Of a DNA stretch of 64,000 nt, positions 44,400 to 54,686 are shown in pieces. A program made the position numbers and the translations under genes. Every line of letters starts with the position of its first letter. Within the stretch, counting starts at the first letter, position 1. Below the pieces are notes generated by a model. That model was not told where the DNA came from. It did not search any database and worked only from the letters and a program-made list of their open reading frames with translations. Source of the stretch: a virus (lineage: Duplodnaviria > Caudoviricetes); the IMG/VR virus record IMGVR_UViG_3300012038_000181, positions 1 to 64,000 of that record, one strand, 5' to 3'.

Positions 44400-44639
44400 A
44401 TGAGCAGTTCAAACGATATTGAGGTAATGATCCACTATTTTTGCACGATGTCACCGCATCCGCGTCTTGATGCGCCCGTCGTGGCTGACGCGGTTCGCCG
44501 TTTGGTTGCCGCTGGCCTGCTAGAAGAAGATACGGGCAGCTATCAGCCGACCGAGGGTGGTCACATGTATATGGATGCACTGCGAGCAGTTCCGTGGCCC
44601 GTGCGGGGTTGGGTTGTTCCGAAGGTAGACAGCAATTAA
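44400..44639 (+). CDS. Small winged-helix-like protein
   Basis: AVRRLVAAGLL..YQPTEGG. Confidence 0.5.
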   Translation: MSSSNDIEVMIHYFCTMSPHPRLDAPVVADAVRRLVAAGLLEEDTGSYQPTEGGHMYMDALRAVPWPVRGWVVPKVDSN

Positions 44640-44654
44640 GTGTTAGGGGGAGCA

Positions 44655-44975
44655 ATGAGTCGAATTGATGAAATCAGAGCGCGTAGAGCGGCAATTAGTC
44701 CCGCGCCGTGGGTTCACATGGGGCCGACCGATAACGAAGATCGGCGGGGCGAATTGCGCCAATACGTAGCCCGCACTGTGGGTTGTGGCGACGTGCCGCC
44801 CGAAAAGTTCGTCATCACAATCCTGCACTGTGGAAACGAACAGCGGGACGTATCTGACGCTAAATTCATCGCCGCTGCGCCTGAAGACATTGACTTCTTG
44901 TTGGCTGAAATAGAGCGATTGTCAAAGAGCAAGAACGCTGAAACTACTGAGCATATTAGCATAAAAGAGGGATAA
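44655..44975 (+). CDS. Ead/Ea22-like protein
   Basis: IDEIRARRAAISPAPW..DAKFIAAAPEDIDFLLAEIERL. Confidence 0.75.
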   Translation: MSRIDEIRARRAAISPAPWVHMGPTDNEDRRGELRQYVARTVGCGDVPPEKFVITILHCGNEQRDVSDAKFIAAAPEDIDFLLAEIERLSKSKNAETTEHISIKEG

Positions 44976-45392
44976 ATGAGCGAAGAAATGAGTGTCGAGA
45001 CCAAGTTGATTGCGCGGTATCAGCAGTGTGTTTACCGAATTTGGGATTTATTTCCGAACGATCCGTTGCCCGATGGTGATCCGGCGCACTTTCTGTGTGA
45101 GCGGTTGGAATCAATTCTTGATCGCGGCTTGCTTGTTCCTAAAAACGATGCTGATGGGGATAAATTCAGTGCAAATTTCCTTGAAGCGTTCGCGTCCGAG
45201 TCGCCCGAAACTCAGTGGAAGTTGATTGAGCAGCGGCGCAAGTTAGATCGTTCGCGGCAGCAATTTGATCGGGCACATGAAGATCAAGAAAAGCGTTTGC
45301 AAGAGCGGTGGTTAATGGTTCCCGTGTGGCGGCGAGCAATCATTTTGGCTGCGGAATGGGTTCAACTCAAGTTCACGCCTAAATATTTCTGA
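44976..45392 (+). CDS. Hypothetical protein
   Basis: Packed ORF. Confidence 0.55.
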   Translation: MSEEMSVETKLIARYQQCVYRIWDLFPNDPLPDGDPAHFLCERLESILDRGLLVPKNDADGDKFSANFLEAFASESPETQWKLIEQRRKLDRSRQQFDRAHEDQEKRLQERWLMVPVWRRAIILAAEWVQLKFTPKYF

Positions 45393-45505
45393 GTTGTCAA
45401 ACAACCAGGAGCATTTTACCACGTAACAAGGGGGATAATCAGGCTTTATCATCCTAAAATCAGAAAGGACTGCTGCTTAGAGTAAATTTGTACGGAAAAG
45501 TTGGA

Positions 45506-45541
45506 GATGAGGGGCACCTTTCGCGGTGCCCTTCGTCTTTT
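45506..45541 (+). terminator. Intrinsic terminator
   Basis: GATGAGGGGCACC-6nt-GGTGCCCTTCGTC-TTTT. Confidence 0.75.
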
Positions 45542-45837
45542 AGGAAGCGGTATAGAGCTTTATTCAGAGCCTTCAAACCAAGACCAGAAGCAACACTCGC
45601 TGAAATGCGCTCGCGCTGAGGCGGAAGCCAACTTAAAACCTCTTGTCTACTTGTATATCACGACAAAGTTTTCCACAGTCACCGAAAGTTACACAGTGTA
45701 ACTTAATGTAACAGGGATTGCAAAAATCTAAGGAAATTAAGGGTTTACGATTTTACTTGACAAGGTTTTTGGAAATCGTCGGAAATTGTTAAGAAGTTAC
45801 TTGAATGTAACTTTAAGTAACACTCAATTCAAACCTA

Positions 45838-45866
45838 TTGACGCCAAAATGACACAAGCGTACACT
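45838..45866 (+). promoter_or_regulatory. Head operon promoter TTGACG-17-TACACT
   Basis: Read directly; 47 nt before ATG 45914. Confidence 0.65.
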
Positions 45867-45913
45867 CCGCTTCGTGCAGCTAGCCACGCAACCAGCGTTT
45901 GCGGCTGTGATTA

Positions 45914-47470
45914 ATGAGTCAGTCAGAAAGTTCTATTGGGGCTAATACCAGCGCACCGTCCGACGCTGGAGTCACATCGACCGTGGGAGCACCTGAAAGC
46001 TCAAGCCCATCCACGCAGGACACATCTCTCGCTCCACAGAGCACGGCTAGCACTCCTACTGCTGAGAATGTTCAAGGTAGTCAACCTTCAAGCGATACTG
46101 AGACCGATTTTCTCGACCAGTTACCTTCTATTGACGAATTGAAGGCGCAGGCAGGACAAGGAATCAAGTACGCCGATGCGTTGGCAAGTCTGAAGGGGGC
46201 ATTTGACCCGCTAAAGGCCAATTATAAAGAACTTCAATCTAAATATCAGCCTTATCAAGACGTTTTATCGCGTTTTGAGCAGCCTGAACAACTGCAAGAA
46301 GTTCTGGGATTCCGAGACAGCATAATTGCGTGGGAGAACGATCCCGTAACAGGGGAACCCGTACCTGCGCCGAATGTGCAGTTTTTACAGGAAAAGTACC
46401 GCTCACACGCGGACTATCTCGTTGCTGATTTATTGAATTTGCCTACGGTTGACCCTGAAACGGGTCGAGAAGTACCACGGGCGGATTTGATTCTTGAAGC
46501 GTGGCGGGATTCGCCTGAAAGACGTGCCCATGTAGCCAAAGTCTTGGGATTAGTTGAGCCATCGGCTATCGCCCCACAGTGGCAACCTACTGAAGAAGAA
46601 TTAAGCCTGGTTCGTCCTGAATTGCAGGATGTTTATCGGAAATTGCCTTACGAAGAACGTGAGGAATTGAAGCTGAACAGCCCTGAATTCATCAATCGAG
46701 CGTTGGAGAAAGAGCAATTCCAACAACAACTCATTGAGCGCGACAAGCAAACGCAAGAAGCGCAGAAACAACAGGCCCAACAGCGTGAACAATACCTCAA
46801 TTCCCAAGCCCAACAAGCGGGAACTGAGTATGTGAACACGCAACTTAATCAGGCGTTGACCACTTTCCATGAATCGGTTGTGCAACAGTGCAACTTCATC
46901 AAACCGCTTGATCCGGCAAACCTCCCACAAGGGGTTACGCCTGAGCAGGCCGCGCAAATGAACCAGCAAATTGCTGCGTCTAACAAAGCTGAGGCTGCTC
47001 AGATAACAGGACTCGTAGTGAGCCTGTTTAACCCGCAGACACAGGCTTATGTACTGCCGCTCTTGAAAGAGATTGGGGCGGTGGACGACAAGATGTTGAG
47101 TCAGATGGAAAAAGCGGCAAGCGCGTTTGGAAACAACGGCAGAAATTACGGGAACCTGAATTATCGTCAACAGTTACAGACGAACGGCAACGGTTATCAG
47201 CCGAGTGCGGATGTAACGGGGATGAATAATGAAGCCCAGAGAGCGTTGAAAACCATGATTGGCTACGCGAACCAGATTCGCGGGAAATTGATGGAGCAAC
47301 GCAGTAATTTCTTTAGTTTGAAGGCCACTGAGCATAATCAAACCTTGAACGGCGCAGGAACGGTGCGACCCCCCATCAACGGAACGGGCTACAATCCTAC
47401 TACCGCGCCTCCGGCTCAATTACCCTCTGGAAAACTAACCAGAGCGGATATTGACCGCCTCTACGGTTAA
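45914..47470 (+). CDS. Probable capsid scaffolding protein
   Basis: S/T/P-rich disordered N-terminus, Q/E coiled coils, short C-terminal ..LTRADIDRLYG helix; directly upstream of the capsid gene. Confidence 0.6.
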   Translation: MSQSESSIGANTSAPSDAGVTSTVGAPESSSPSTQDTSLAPQSTASTPTAENVQGSQPSSDTETDFLDQLPSIDELKAQAGQGIKYADALASLKGAFDPLKANYKELQSKYQPYQDVLSRFEQPEQLQEVLGFRDSIIAWENDPVTGEPVPAPNVQFLQEKYRSHADYLVADLLNLPTVDPETGREVPRADLILEAWRDSPERRAHVAKVLGLVEPSAIAPQWQPTEEELSLVRPELQDVYRKLPYEEREELKLNSPEFINRALEKEQFQQQLIERDKQTQEAQKQQAQQREQYLNSQAQQAGTEYVNTQLNQALTTFHESVVQQCNFIKPLDPANLPQGVTPEQAAQMNQQIAASNKAEAAQITGLVVSLFNPQTQAYVLPLLKEIGAVDDKMLSQMEKAASAFGNNGRNYGNLNYRQQLQTNGNGYQPSADVTGMNNEAQRALKTMIGYANQIRGKLMEQRSNFFSLKATEHNQTLNGAGTVRPPINGTGYNPTTAPPAQLPSGKLTRADIDRLYG

Positions 47471-47483
47471 ATAGGAGAGAATC

Positions 47484-48785
47484 ATGCCAGAAGTCGATAC
47501 CGTATCTAATTGGGTGGATTTCTATGCCCAACAGCTAATCCGCGCAAAGGATTGGTCAATTCTAGCCGCCCCGTTCTGGAATTCCCTTGGGGAAGTAACG
47601 ACCGCCGAAGAAGTTTCCCAACGTGGCGCACGTCTTTATTTCGTCAAGAACCAAGCAGGCGGCGTTTCGTTGCCGACCATTGCTAATCCCGACAACAACC
47701 GCGCAATTCCACCGCAGTCAGACAGCATGTGGGCAGTTCCACAGATGTCCACTATCGCAGCGGTGCTTGATTATTCCCTGATGGTGGATGCAGGTGGCGC
47801 AAATGGCCCCAAGAAGGCCAACGCCATGTTCTCCATTCAGGAAATCATCTCACAGACCGTGGATGCCTTTGCCCAACGGCAAGAGTTCTTTGCCTGTGGC
47901 AACGGTTCGGACGCAATGGCGTTCTCAGCGGGCAGCATTGCCGCCCCAGGCGCGGGTCAGACCTTGACTTGCACCACCACCGCCGCCGCAACCCCAGGAC
48001 AGACCAAAGGCGCAGTGAGACTGAAAGCCAATCAGTATTATCAGTCCTACGACACCACGACAGGTTTGGCCGAAGGAACCTTCTTGGTCACGAGTTCCAA
48101 CAACAAGACGACCGCAACCATCACCTTGTTGAGCGGCATCATCACGAGCGGTAATCCAATCTGTGATGTGGGCGGCTACAACGGTGCGCCCGTAGGAGTT
48201 TCGGGACTGATTGACGACAACAACCGTGTCATTCAGGGTCGAGATTCCAGCGTGGACACTCTGCTTAACTGCCCAAGCGTTGACTTGAACGGAACAAAGT
48301 TCACTGTCAGCGACCGTGAGACAGTGAAGACCCAACTCGTAGTTCGCAACTTGAGCAAATCGGAGCGCGGCGGTCTAAACAACCTCGTCACTCCAGGCTT
48401 GATGAGCGACCTCCGCAAACAAGGCTACGGCTTCCACCGCACCAACGGCGACGAACCCGTAGTTGACATCGCAGGCGGCTACAAAGATGCAGATGGTACA
48501 CGCATCATGGAGATGTCGAATTGGGAAGAAGATCGTTCAACCTTCTGGAAGGGCGACGCGCTTCAGAAGCACACCCAATTCCCCGTAGGCGATCTGATGC
48601 CCAACGGCAACAACCTCGACTGGTGGAACCTCCCAGGCGTCAACGGCACCGGATCACGGAGCTACTACCGCCAGTGGGGAACTTCCTGGACTTGCGCATT
48701 GGTGAACCCCAACTGCGTGACCACCGTGAAGCGAGCGTCCCTAACCGGAATCGTTACCCAGGTTTCAATCGGAGCCGGAAACTAA
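47484..48785 (+). CDS. Major capsid protein (HK97 fold, P22 coat-like)
   Basis: 433 aa, strong RBS, C-ending codon bias, inserted beta domain, position after the scaffold. Confidence 0.7.
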   Translation: MPEVDTVSNWVDFYAQQLIRAKDWSILAAPFWNSLGEVTTAEEVSQRGARLYFVKNQAGGVSLPTIANPDNNRAIPPQSDSMWAVPQMSTIAAVLDYSLMVDAGGANGPKKANAMFSIQEIISQTVDAFAQRQEFFACGNGSDAMAFSAGSIAAPGAGQTLTCTTTAAATPGQTKGAVRLKANQYYQSYDTTTGLAEGTFLVTSSNNKTTATITLLSGIITSGNPICDVGGYNGAPVGVSGLIDDNNRVIQGRDSSVDTLLNCPSVDLNGTKFTVSDRETVKTQLVVRNLSKSERGGLNNLVTPGLMSDLRKQGYGFHRTNGDEPVVDIAGGYKDADGTRIMEMSNWEEDRSTFWKGDALQKHTQFPVGDLMPNGNNLDWWNLPGVNGTGSRSYYRQWGTSWTCALVNPNCVTTVKRASLTGIVTQVSIGAGN

Positions 48786-48796
48786 GGAGGAATCGC

Positions 48797-49048
48797 ATGG
48801 CTTACACAACCGCAGCCGCTCCTTATCAGATTGGCCCTGGATCGAATGATAATTCGTCGGGGATGATCTTTGAGGACATCACTGTTACAGGTGCAGGTGA
48901 CACAACCGGAACCTACACCACCAAGTATGTGAAGCAGCCCGTTTATGTTTTAGGCCCGTTTACTTACAGTATTTCGGGTCAAGTGGTCACGCTTGGCAGC
49001 GCGTCCTTAACAGGAGTTGAGGCCGCACGGATCATTGGATTCGCATGA
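48797..49048 (+). CDS. Small capsid decoration-like protein
   Basis: RBS AAGGAGG; 83 aa beta-rich; follows the MCP. Confidence 0.55.
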   Translation: MAYTTAAAPYQIGPGSNDNSSGMIFEDITVTGAGDTTGTYTTKYVKQPVYVLGPFTYSISGQVVTLGSASLTGVEAARIIGFA

Positions 49049-49785
49049 TCATCAATCCGCGCGACGGGGCGGAAAGTTGGAACGTCAACGAGCCGCCCCC
49101 AAGCAACTTCGATAAAGCCGCGTATCAGCAGAAAATCGACCAGATCGTCGGGACTAAAGATACGCGGCCCATCATTAAACTCGCGTGGGCACCAGAAGAA
49201 TTTCGTTGGTGGCCCATTCGGGTAGATGAAGAAGAACCCAAGGGTTATGTCTTTCCAATCTTTCATGCTTACACGACCGCGCAAGGGGAGTTGGTAGCTG
49301 CGCCTCGGTGGGTATTGTTAGAACGTATCGAGCCTGCTCAGTATGCTCCGACACCGCAGTTTTGGGAGAGCAAGCGGTATCAGTTTGATGACGGTTCATT
49401 GTGGGACTTGACGGGGCCAGTGCCCGACGAGAAGTACATTGAATTACGCTGCCACTCGCACCATGACGGAATCTGCTGTGCGTGCATTGGAACAACTTGT
49501 GAATGCGGGATTGAGTATGCTCATTGTTGGGGCAGGTACGCAGAACCGGATGAGTATCTATTAAATTGGATACGGCAAAAGAATTGGGAAGCGCAACGTG
49601 ATAATGACGTGCAACCCGATGCTGATGCGCGCTACTTTTCCGCTCCGCAAGGTCAGGCTGATTACAAGTCAGAGATTGTGAATCGGCAGGAGCAACAAAA
49701 AGAAGATCGGCGCAAGTACAACGATTACATGTTAGACCATTGGGAACGTAAACCCGTTTCGACCGTAGGCCCAACTAGGGCATAA
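49045..49785 (+). CDS. Hypothetical head-module protein
   Basis: ATGA overlap; Cys/His cluster CHSHHDGICCACIGTTCEC. Confidence 0.65.
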   Translation: MIINPRDGAESWNVNEPPPSNFDKAAYQQKIDQIVGTKDTRPIIKLAWAPEEFRWWPIRVDEEEPKGYVFPIFHAYTTAQGELVAAPRWVLLERIEPAQYAPTPQFWESKRYQFDDGSLWDLTGPVPDEKYIELRCHSHHDGICCACIGTTCECGIEYAHCWGRYAEPDEYLLNWIRQKNWEAQRDNDVQPDADARYFSAPQGQADYKSEIVNRQEQQKEDRRKYNDYMLDHWERKPVSTVGPTRA

Positions 49786-49793
49786 AGGACATT

Positions 49794-51029
49794 TTGATGT
49801 CGCAAGTTTTAGAAGTTTCGGCAGGTTATCCGGTAGAAGGTCGGCCCTTTGAGCCGCCACAACTCAGTCGGCAGAACGAGCAGCCCCGTTACATCACCTT
49901 TGTTGGCAGTCTCGTTGAGGCAGGTGTCGCGCTTGACCGTCCGTGGACAAAAGGTGGGGGCATTGAAATCGGCAATCCTTGTCTGCGTTACACGAAGAAC
50001 TTTGTCCGCAAGGGACGGATTACTCCGGTATTGAAAGATGTTCACGATTGGGTGACTCAAGATTATTGGGAGAAAGCCACGGGCAGGGACGCGAGTTACT
50101 TTCCGCGCCAAGTTCCCGCAGGTTATGTCTCGCCGCTGAACGAGAGTGGACACCCTAGCCCTATTCGAGCCATGTACGGCAAGATCGCGGTGCCTGGTGA
50201 GCAGATGGATTCGATCCTCAATGGTTCAGCCAACATCCTTGACCGCACGCGACGGGGAGTGGTGGAACTGACGGAGTTAGTGGGACATGACTACAACCCG
50301 CAGGACTTGGGTGACGGGATTGTTACCGACCCGACAGTGTGGAAGATTCAACGCACCATCCTGCCTGATTATCCCTTCATTATGAAAGATGGTCAGCCAA
50401 CCGTGTTGTTGGATGACATTGAGGAAGTCTTGCTTGACGCACAGCGACACACTTCACTGCGGTCGATTGTGGACAAGTACCTGACTTCGTTAAATCAGTT
50501 CCGCGACTTTGCGAAAGGCTCAGTTGATCAAACTCATTATCGAATGAAAGAGTCGGCGGTGAAGTCGGATTCAGGCTACATCTGGAAGTACACGGAACTT
50601 GATTTCGTGCTGATGGAGCAGTTGGGTGTAGCACGGCAGGATCGGGAGATTCGCCAAGCGAACAAGACTCAACCAAACGAGCGGTTGGAGAACATGTTCG
50701 AGCAGTGGTTGGCGATTCAGATTGAGGAGAAGCAGGCCAACCTTGAGCGGCAGAAACAGTTCACAGTTGACCAGAACACGATGGCCGCAGCCCCGATTCA
50801 AGACAAAGGATTTGACGGGGCATCTGGTTATTCAGGCTATTCAGGGGAAGTGGTAACTAATGTCACAGCCCAAGGCCAAGAGGAAATCGCCGTAGCAATG
50901 GCTGATACGATGCACACTTGCGAGTGTGGGAAAGAATTCGACACCGCGCAGGGTATCTCAATGCACAAGGCTCGTTGGTGTGAACTGCTGAAGACACCTG
51001 ACGCCGAAAGTACACAGTCGGAGGCATAA
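49794..51029 (+). CDS. Hypothetical head-module protein with a C-terminal C2H2-like finger
   Basis: TCECGKEFDTAQGISMHKARWC; GASGYSGYSG mini-repeat. Confidence 0.7.
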   Translation: MMSQVLEVSAGYPVEGRPFEPPQLSRQNEQPRYITFVGSLVEAGVALDRPWTKGGGIEIGNPCLRYTKNFVRKGRITPVLKDVHDWVTQDYWEKATGRDASYFPRQVPAGYVSPLNESGHPSPIRAMYGKIAVPGEQMDSILNGSANILDRTRRGVVELTELVGHDYNPQDLGDGIVTDPTVWKIQRTILPDYPFIMKDGQPTVLLDDIEEVLLDAQRHTSLRSIVDKYLTSLNQFRDFAKGSVDQTHYRMKESAVKSDSGYIWKYTELDFVLMEQLGVARQDREIRQANKTQPNERLENMFEQWLAIQIEEKQANLERQKQFTVDQNTMAAAPIQDKGFDGASGYSGYSGEVVTNVTAQGQEEIAVAMADTMHTCECGKEFDTAQGISMHKARWCELLKTPDAESTQSEA

Positions 51030-51049
51030 CCATTCCGTCACTTTATGGC

Positions 51050-51793
51050 ATGATGGACAATGTTCGTTTGAGGCTTGGCGATAGTCGCGCTCAAGCCCCA
51101 AACGATGCCCAACTGTTGAATCAAGTCTGTTCGCAGGTAAGGAACCTACAGAGATTCAAACGGGTGACGGGGAACCCGTGGAACTTCAACGACCTCATCT
51201 TAGAGACCAACGCCAACGACTCGACGTATCAGATAGCTCTGACGGATTTCGGATACCCGCTAGCAGTTTTGACGTGGGCGCCGGAACTCTCCACATGGAC
51301 GCCTCGCTTAATCAAAATTTACGAACCGCAGAACTTGGCGTTGGACATTCCCATTAGGGGTAATGACCAGCTAGCCTCATTTTCGTATTTGCCATGGGAC
51401 GGAAGCAACGCCACGGCACAAAGATGTGCCTTTTATTGGCGCAATAACGTGCCTTTTATCGAGTTTTGGCCTGCTCCGACAACTTCGATAGCGAATTACA
51501 AAATCCGCTACATCCAGAATAGTGACGGGTTAGATACGGCGGCATTAAGCGAGTCTCCGTTGAGCAATGACGAGTCCGATTTAGCCGAAATCAGAAGCGC
51601 GATTGCATTGCTTCCTTTGACTCAGTGGATGGCTGATGCAGGCGATGGGATTGGCTACAATCAGATGAAGCGGAAGGAATTAGCGATAAGTCTAAGCGCA
51701 GAAGAAAGAGAAGCCACCCGCTTGTTTGAGGCTATCGCCCGCGTAACTTCTGGCCCCGTGATCAGACAACGATGGAATCCGACAGTGGGCTAA
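51050..51793 (+). CDS. Head-tail adaptor candidate
   Basis: VRLRLGD..QLLNQV..WNF..; IEFWPAPT..YKIRY pattern of podovirus adaptors. Confidence 0.55.
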   Translation: MMDNVRLRLGDSRAQAPNDAQLLNQVCSQVRNLQRFKRVTGNPWNFNDLILETNANDSTYQIALTDFGYPLAVLTWAPELSTWTPRLIKIYEPQNLALDIPIRGNDQLASFSYLPWDGSNATAQRCAFYWRNNVPFIEFWPAPTTSIANYKIRYIQNSDGLDTAALSESPLSNDESDLAEIRSAIALLPLTQWMADAGDGIGYNQMKRKELAISLSAEEREATRLFEAIARVTSGPVIRQRWNPTVG

Positions 51794-52072
51794 ATGCAGA
51801 CCTCACCACTCCGCAACGGCGACAAACTTCCCGATCATCCCGACTCCACTACCTCTCTAACAGTAACCAAATACGGACGAGTCTTTGACGCGACTGATGG
51901 GCTAGAGTTGCTGCCTAATCTCCATCGAACTGAACAGATGATGCTCAAGGGTGGAGAGCGTGGTGGTCTAAGTCACATGTACCGCTATGCAGTCATTGAT
52001 GGTCGGATTTATCACACGAGACCAAGTGTTATAATCATGGTAGAGACCACTGATGCCGAAACTGACTCGTGA
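51794..52072 (+). CDS. Hypothetical protein
   Basis: Packed ORF. Confidence 0.5.
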   Translation: MQTSPLRNGDKLPDHPDSTTSLTVTKYGRVFDATDGLELLPNLHRTEQMMLKGGERGGLSHMYRYAVIDGRIYHTRPSVIIMVETTDAETDS

Positions 52073-54098
52073 AGAAACCAAAACCCTCTTTGCCGCGTTA
52101 GAAATCCAATCGCTCGCGGAGATCACCGATGATTGGGTAGGCCAGTTTCTCTCCAAACTCAATGACCCCGTAAAGAAAGCCGCATGGAATCAGCTTCTCG
52201 GAATCATCGAAGAATTCCGTCCTGAAGAATACAAACGCCTCAACAACTTCGCCAAGAACAACAAGGGAATGCTGCTGGAGTTCCAAGGATGGGAACGCTG
52301 GCTCAAGACCCTCGGAGCGCAGACCTTTACCCGTGATTTCGCCCCGATTCAGAAACGCTTCTGGGATTGGAATTGGCGAGCCTTACTGAAGATTCGCAAG
52401 AACATTCCCCTTGATCCAAAAGAGACAGTTGGTTTTCTTCCTTGGAGCCGTGAGACCGGAAAGTCGAGTACGGTTGAGTGGGCGTGCATTGCCGAAGGAG
52501 CCTTGTTACGTGGCGGGTATGTAATCTTCTACAGCGGTAAACAGTCGCAAGCTGAAGAACACGTTACTTCAATCCGTGACCGCATCGAGTCAGAACATGT
52601 CAGCGACCTCTACCCGTGGCTAGGCAAGCCAAAACTCGGCGCACATGGAAACAAGTTCGGGTGGGGCAAAGAGTTCCTGATGACGAGCGGTGGTTGGGCC
52701 ATCCGACCCGTTGGCGCAGACGTAGCGATACGCGGCGGTAAGACACTCAACCTTAGACCAACGCTCATTGTAGTGGACGATTTAGACGAACTAGGGGAAT
52801 CACCCGTAGTAGTTGAGCACAAGGAACAGATTCTCACTCGCTCAATCCTGCCAATGGGGAATGACAAGACCCGTGTGCTTGTCCCGCAGAATCCGATTCA
52901 TCCGAACTCGGTAGTCAACCGAATGTTGACGGGCGTGTCAATGGCTCTGTCACCTTTGATTCGTACGGTCTTTGGAGAATTAAACGACGATGGATCAATG
53001 TCCCCCCGTCCCGTTCCTGCCATGCGGAACTTTGCTTCGGAAGTGCGACAAGGCGAAGATGGGCCATATTCAGTAATCACGCAGGGAGAATCAAACTGGC
53101 CTGGGATTGACACCGAAGGTTGGAACCGCACGCTGAACCGTGTTGGCCCACCCGCCTTCATGTCCGAGTATCAGCATGACATGACGGTCTCGCAGGAAGA
53201 AAGAGTGCTTCCTGAATACGATGACCGCAATTTGAAGATTCATGTTATTACGTGGTCACAGTATGAGGCCAAGTATGGTATGCGACGAATCCCTTCTGAT
53301 TGGCCCTGTTCAGCAGGATTAGATATTGGTTATACGGGTTCCCATAAATCAGCATGGTCATTCATCTCTAAAGTCCCGCAAGCGTATGAACTCGCGGGCG
53401 CGATCTTTCGCTATCGGGGCAGAACCTTCACGGGCACGGGCATAGATGAGCAAGCGGTGAGTGTGCGGAGCGAGTTATGGCCGCAAGAAAACGTCGAGAT
53501 TCACTTGATGTCACATGAGAAGCTAGGTGAACGGAATGTCTTGAATCAGAAACACGGTTGGCACTTCCAACCTTGTGATTCAGCGAAGACCGCAGGCATC
53601 GCACAATGGCGTCATTTCCTCAAACCAGACCGAACCCAACCACACCCCTTCCATCGGGATGAAAAGGCGTTAGATGGACTGTGGAAGCTAGGAAGGCCCG
53701 CTTGGTTCGACATCGTGGACGACCGACAGTTTCATGCACCGATTGATGATCTGGGAATGAAGCGACACAGAGACGGTGCGTTTAATTGGCGTCAAGTTCC
53801 CATCAAACTTACCGACAAGGGTTTGACCATTGAGCAGCCCGCTAAAGTGGACGACGATGAGGTCGATTCTACACGTCAATTGCTGACCCGCTTCGGAAAT
53901 CCTGATAAGCCAATGACGCAAGCACAACGAGTGCAGTCGTTGATACCGACAGCGTTTCGGCAGGCAGAATTAGCCAAGACTGATATGCACCCAAACGAGC
54001 AATACATGGCAAATCAGATGGCTACATTTCTAGCCAAGAGACAGTTAGGATTGGATAAACCGAAGTTGGTAGACGCTTTCGGTCAGCCCCTTCGCTAA
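52053..54098 (+). CDS. terL: Terminase large subunit
   Basis: Walker A SRETGKSS, Walker B LIVVDDLD, PQNPIH coupling motif, FMSEYQ linker, RNase-H AGLDIG. Confidence 0.85.
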   Translation: MPKLTREETKTLFAALEIQSLAEITDDWVGQFLSKLNDPVKKAAWNQLLGIIEEFRPEEYKRLNNFAKNNKGMLLEFQGWERWLKTLGAQTFTRDFAPIQKRFWDWNWRALLKIRKNIPLDPKETVGFLPWSRETGKSSTVEWACIAEGALLRGGYVIFYSGKQSQAEEHVTSIRDRIESEHVSDLYPWLGKPKLGAHGNKFGWGKEFLMTSGGWAIRPVGADVAIRGGKTLNLRPTLIVVDDLDELGESPVVVEHKEQILTRSILPMGNDKTRVLVPQNPIHPNSVVNRMLTGVSMALSPLIRTVFGELNDDGSMSPRPVPAMRNFASEVRQGEDGPYSVITQGESNWPGIDTEGWNRTLNRVGPPAFMSEYQHDMTVSQEERVLPEYDDRNLKIHVITWSQYEAKYGMRRIPSDWPCSAGLDIGYTGSHKSAWSFISKVPQAYELAGAIFRYRGRTFTGTGIDEQAVSVRSELWPQENVEIHLMSHEKLGERNVLNQKHGWHFQPCDSAKTAGIAQWRHFLKPDRTQPHPFHRDEKALDGLWKLGRPAWFDIVDDRQFHAPIDDLGMKRHRDGAFNWRQVPIKLTDKGLTIEQPAKVDDDEVDSTRQLLTRFGNPDKPMTQAQRVQSLIPTAFRQAELAKTDMHPNEQYMANQMATFLAKRQLGLDKPKLVDAFGQPLR

Positions 54099-54105
54099 AA
54101 CTTTG

Positions 54106-54134
54106 TTGTACCACAGGTAATAACAGTATAGAAT
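54106..54134 (+). promoter_or_regulatory. Promoter TTGTAC-17-TAGAAT, probably giving a leaderless mRNA
   Basis: ATG 54142 lies 7 nt after the -10 box; no RBS. Confidence 0.6.
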
Positions 54135-54141
54135 CGCGCCG

Positions 54142-54315
54142 ATGCCCTACAAGTCTGACGCGCAAAGACGATTTTTTCATTCTAGTGGAGCGGCAAAGGC
54201 AGGGATTACGCTCAAACAGGTGAAAGAATTTGACAGCGCAAGTAAGGGTATGAAGTTACCAGAAAAGAAGATTAAAAAGCGTGGCTTGAAGCACGTAAAA
54301 ATTGGGGGAAAATAA
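54142..54315 (+). CDS. Small basic phage protein (MPYKSxAQRR type, 57 aa)
   Basis: Translated by hand: MPYKSDAQRRFFHSSGAAKAG..EFDSASKGMKLPEKK. Confidence 0.7.
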   Translation: MPYKSDAQRRFFHSSGAAKAGITLKQVKEFDSASKGMKLPEKKIKKRGLKHVKIGGK

Positions 54316-54317
54316 TC

Positions 54318-54677
54318 ATGGCAGGACTCACGACGTACACCGCAGATAACAGGCAGACAAGCGCATTGGTTGGTTATGCAATTTTGCAAGCCTATGTTTG
54401 CGGCTATCTTACAAACTCGAATGTTACTGGCGCAGCTACAGCAGATGAGTTGATCGCCTTCGTGAACGCCGCTGTAGTTACCCCTGGTGGCGAGTCCTTT
54501 TCACAGCGTAATTCTATCGCTCGCGCACTCGCCGTAGGCAAGGCACTTGGCGATCTTTCGGACGCCCGTGTTGCCGCCGCAACGAGCGTGAACGATCTCG
54601 CCGTTACCTACACATGGGTTTCACTTGATAGCGCAGCGAGCATCACAGGCCACCTCGGAACGAATTTGATCCCATGA
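54318..54677 (+). CDS. Hypothetical virion protein
   Basis: Ala-rich; RBS GGGGG. Confidence 0.6.
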   Translation: MAGLTTYTADNRQTSALVGYAILQAYVCGYLTNSNVTGAATADELIAFVNAAVVTPGGESFSQRNSIARALAVGKALGDLSDARVAAATSVNDLAVTYTWVSLDSAASITGHLGTNLIP

Positions 54678-54686
54678 GGTAACAGT

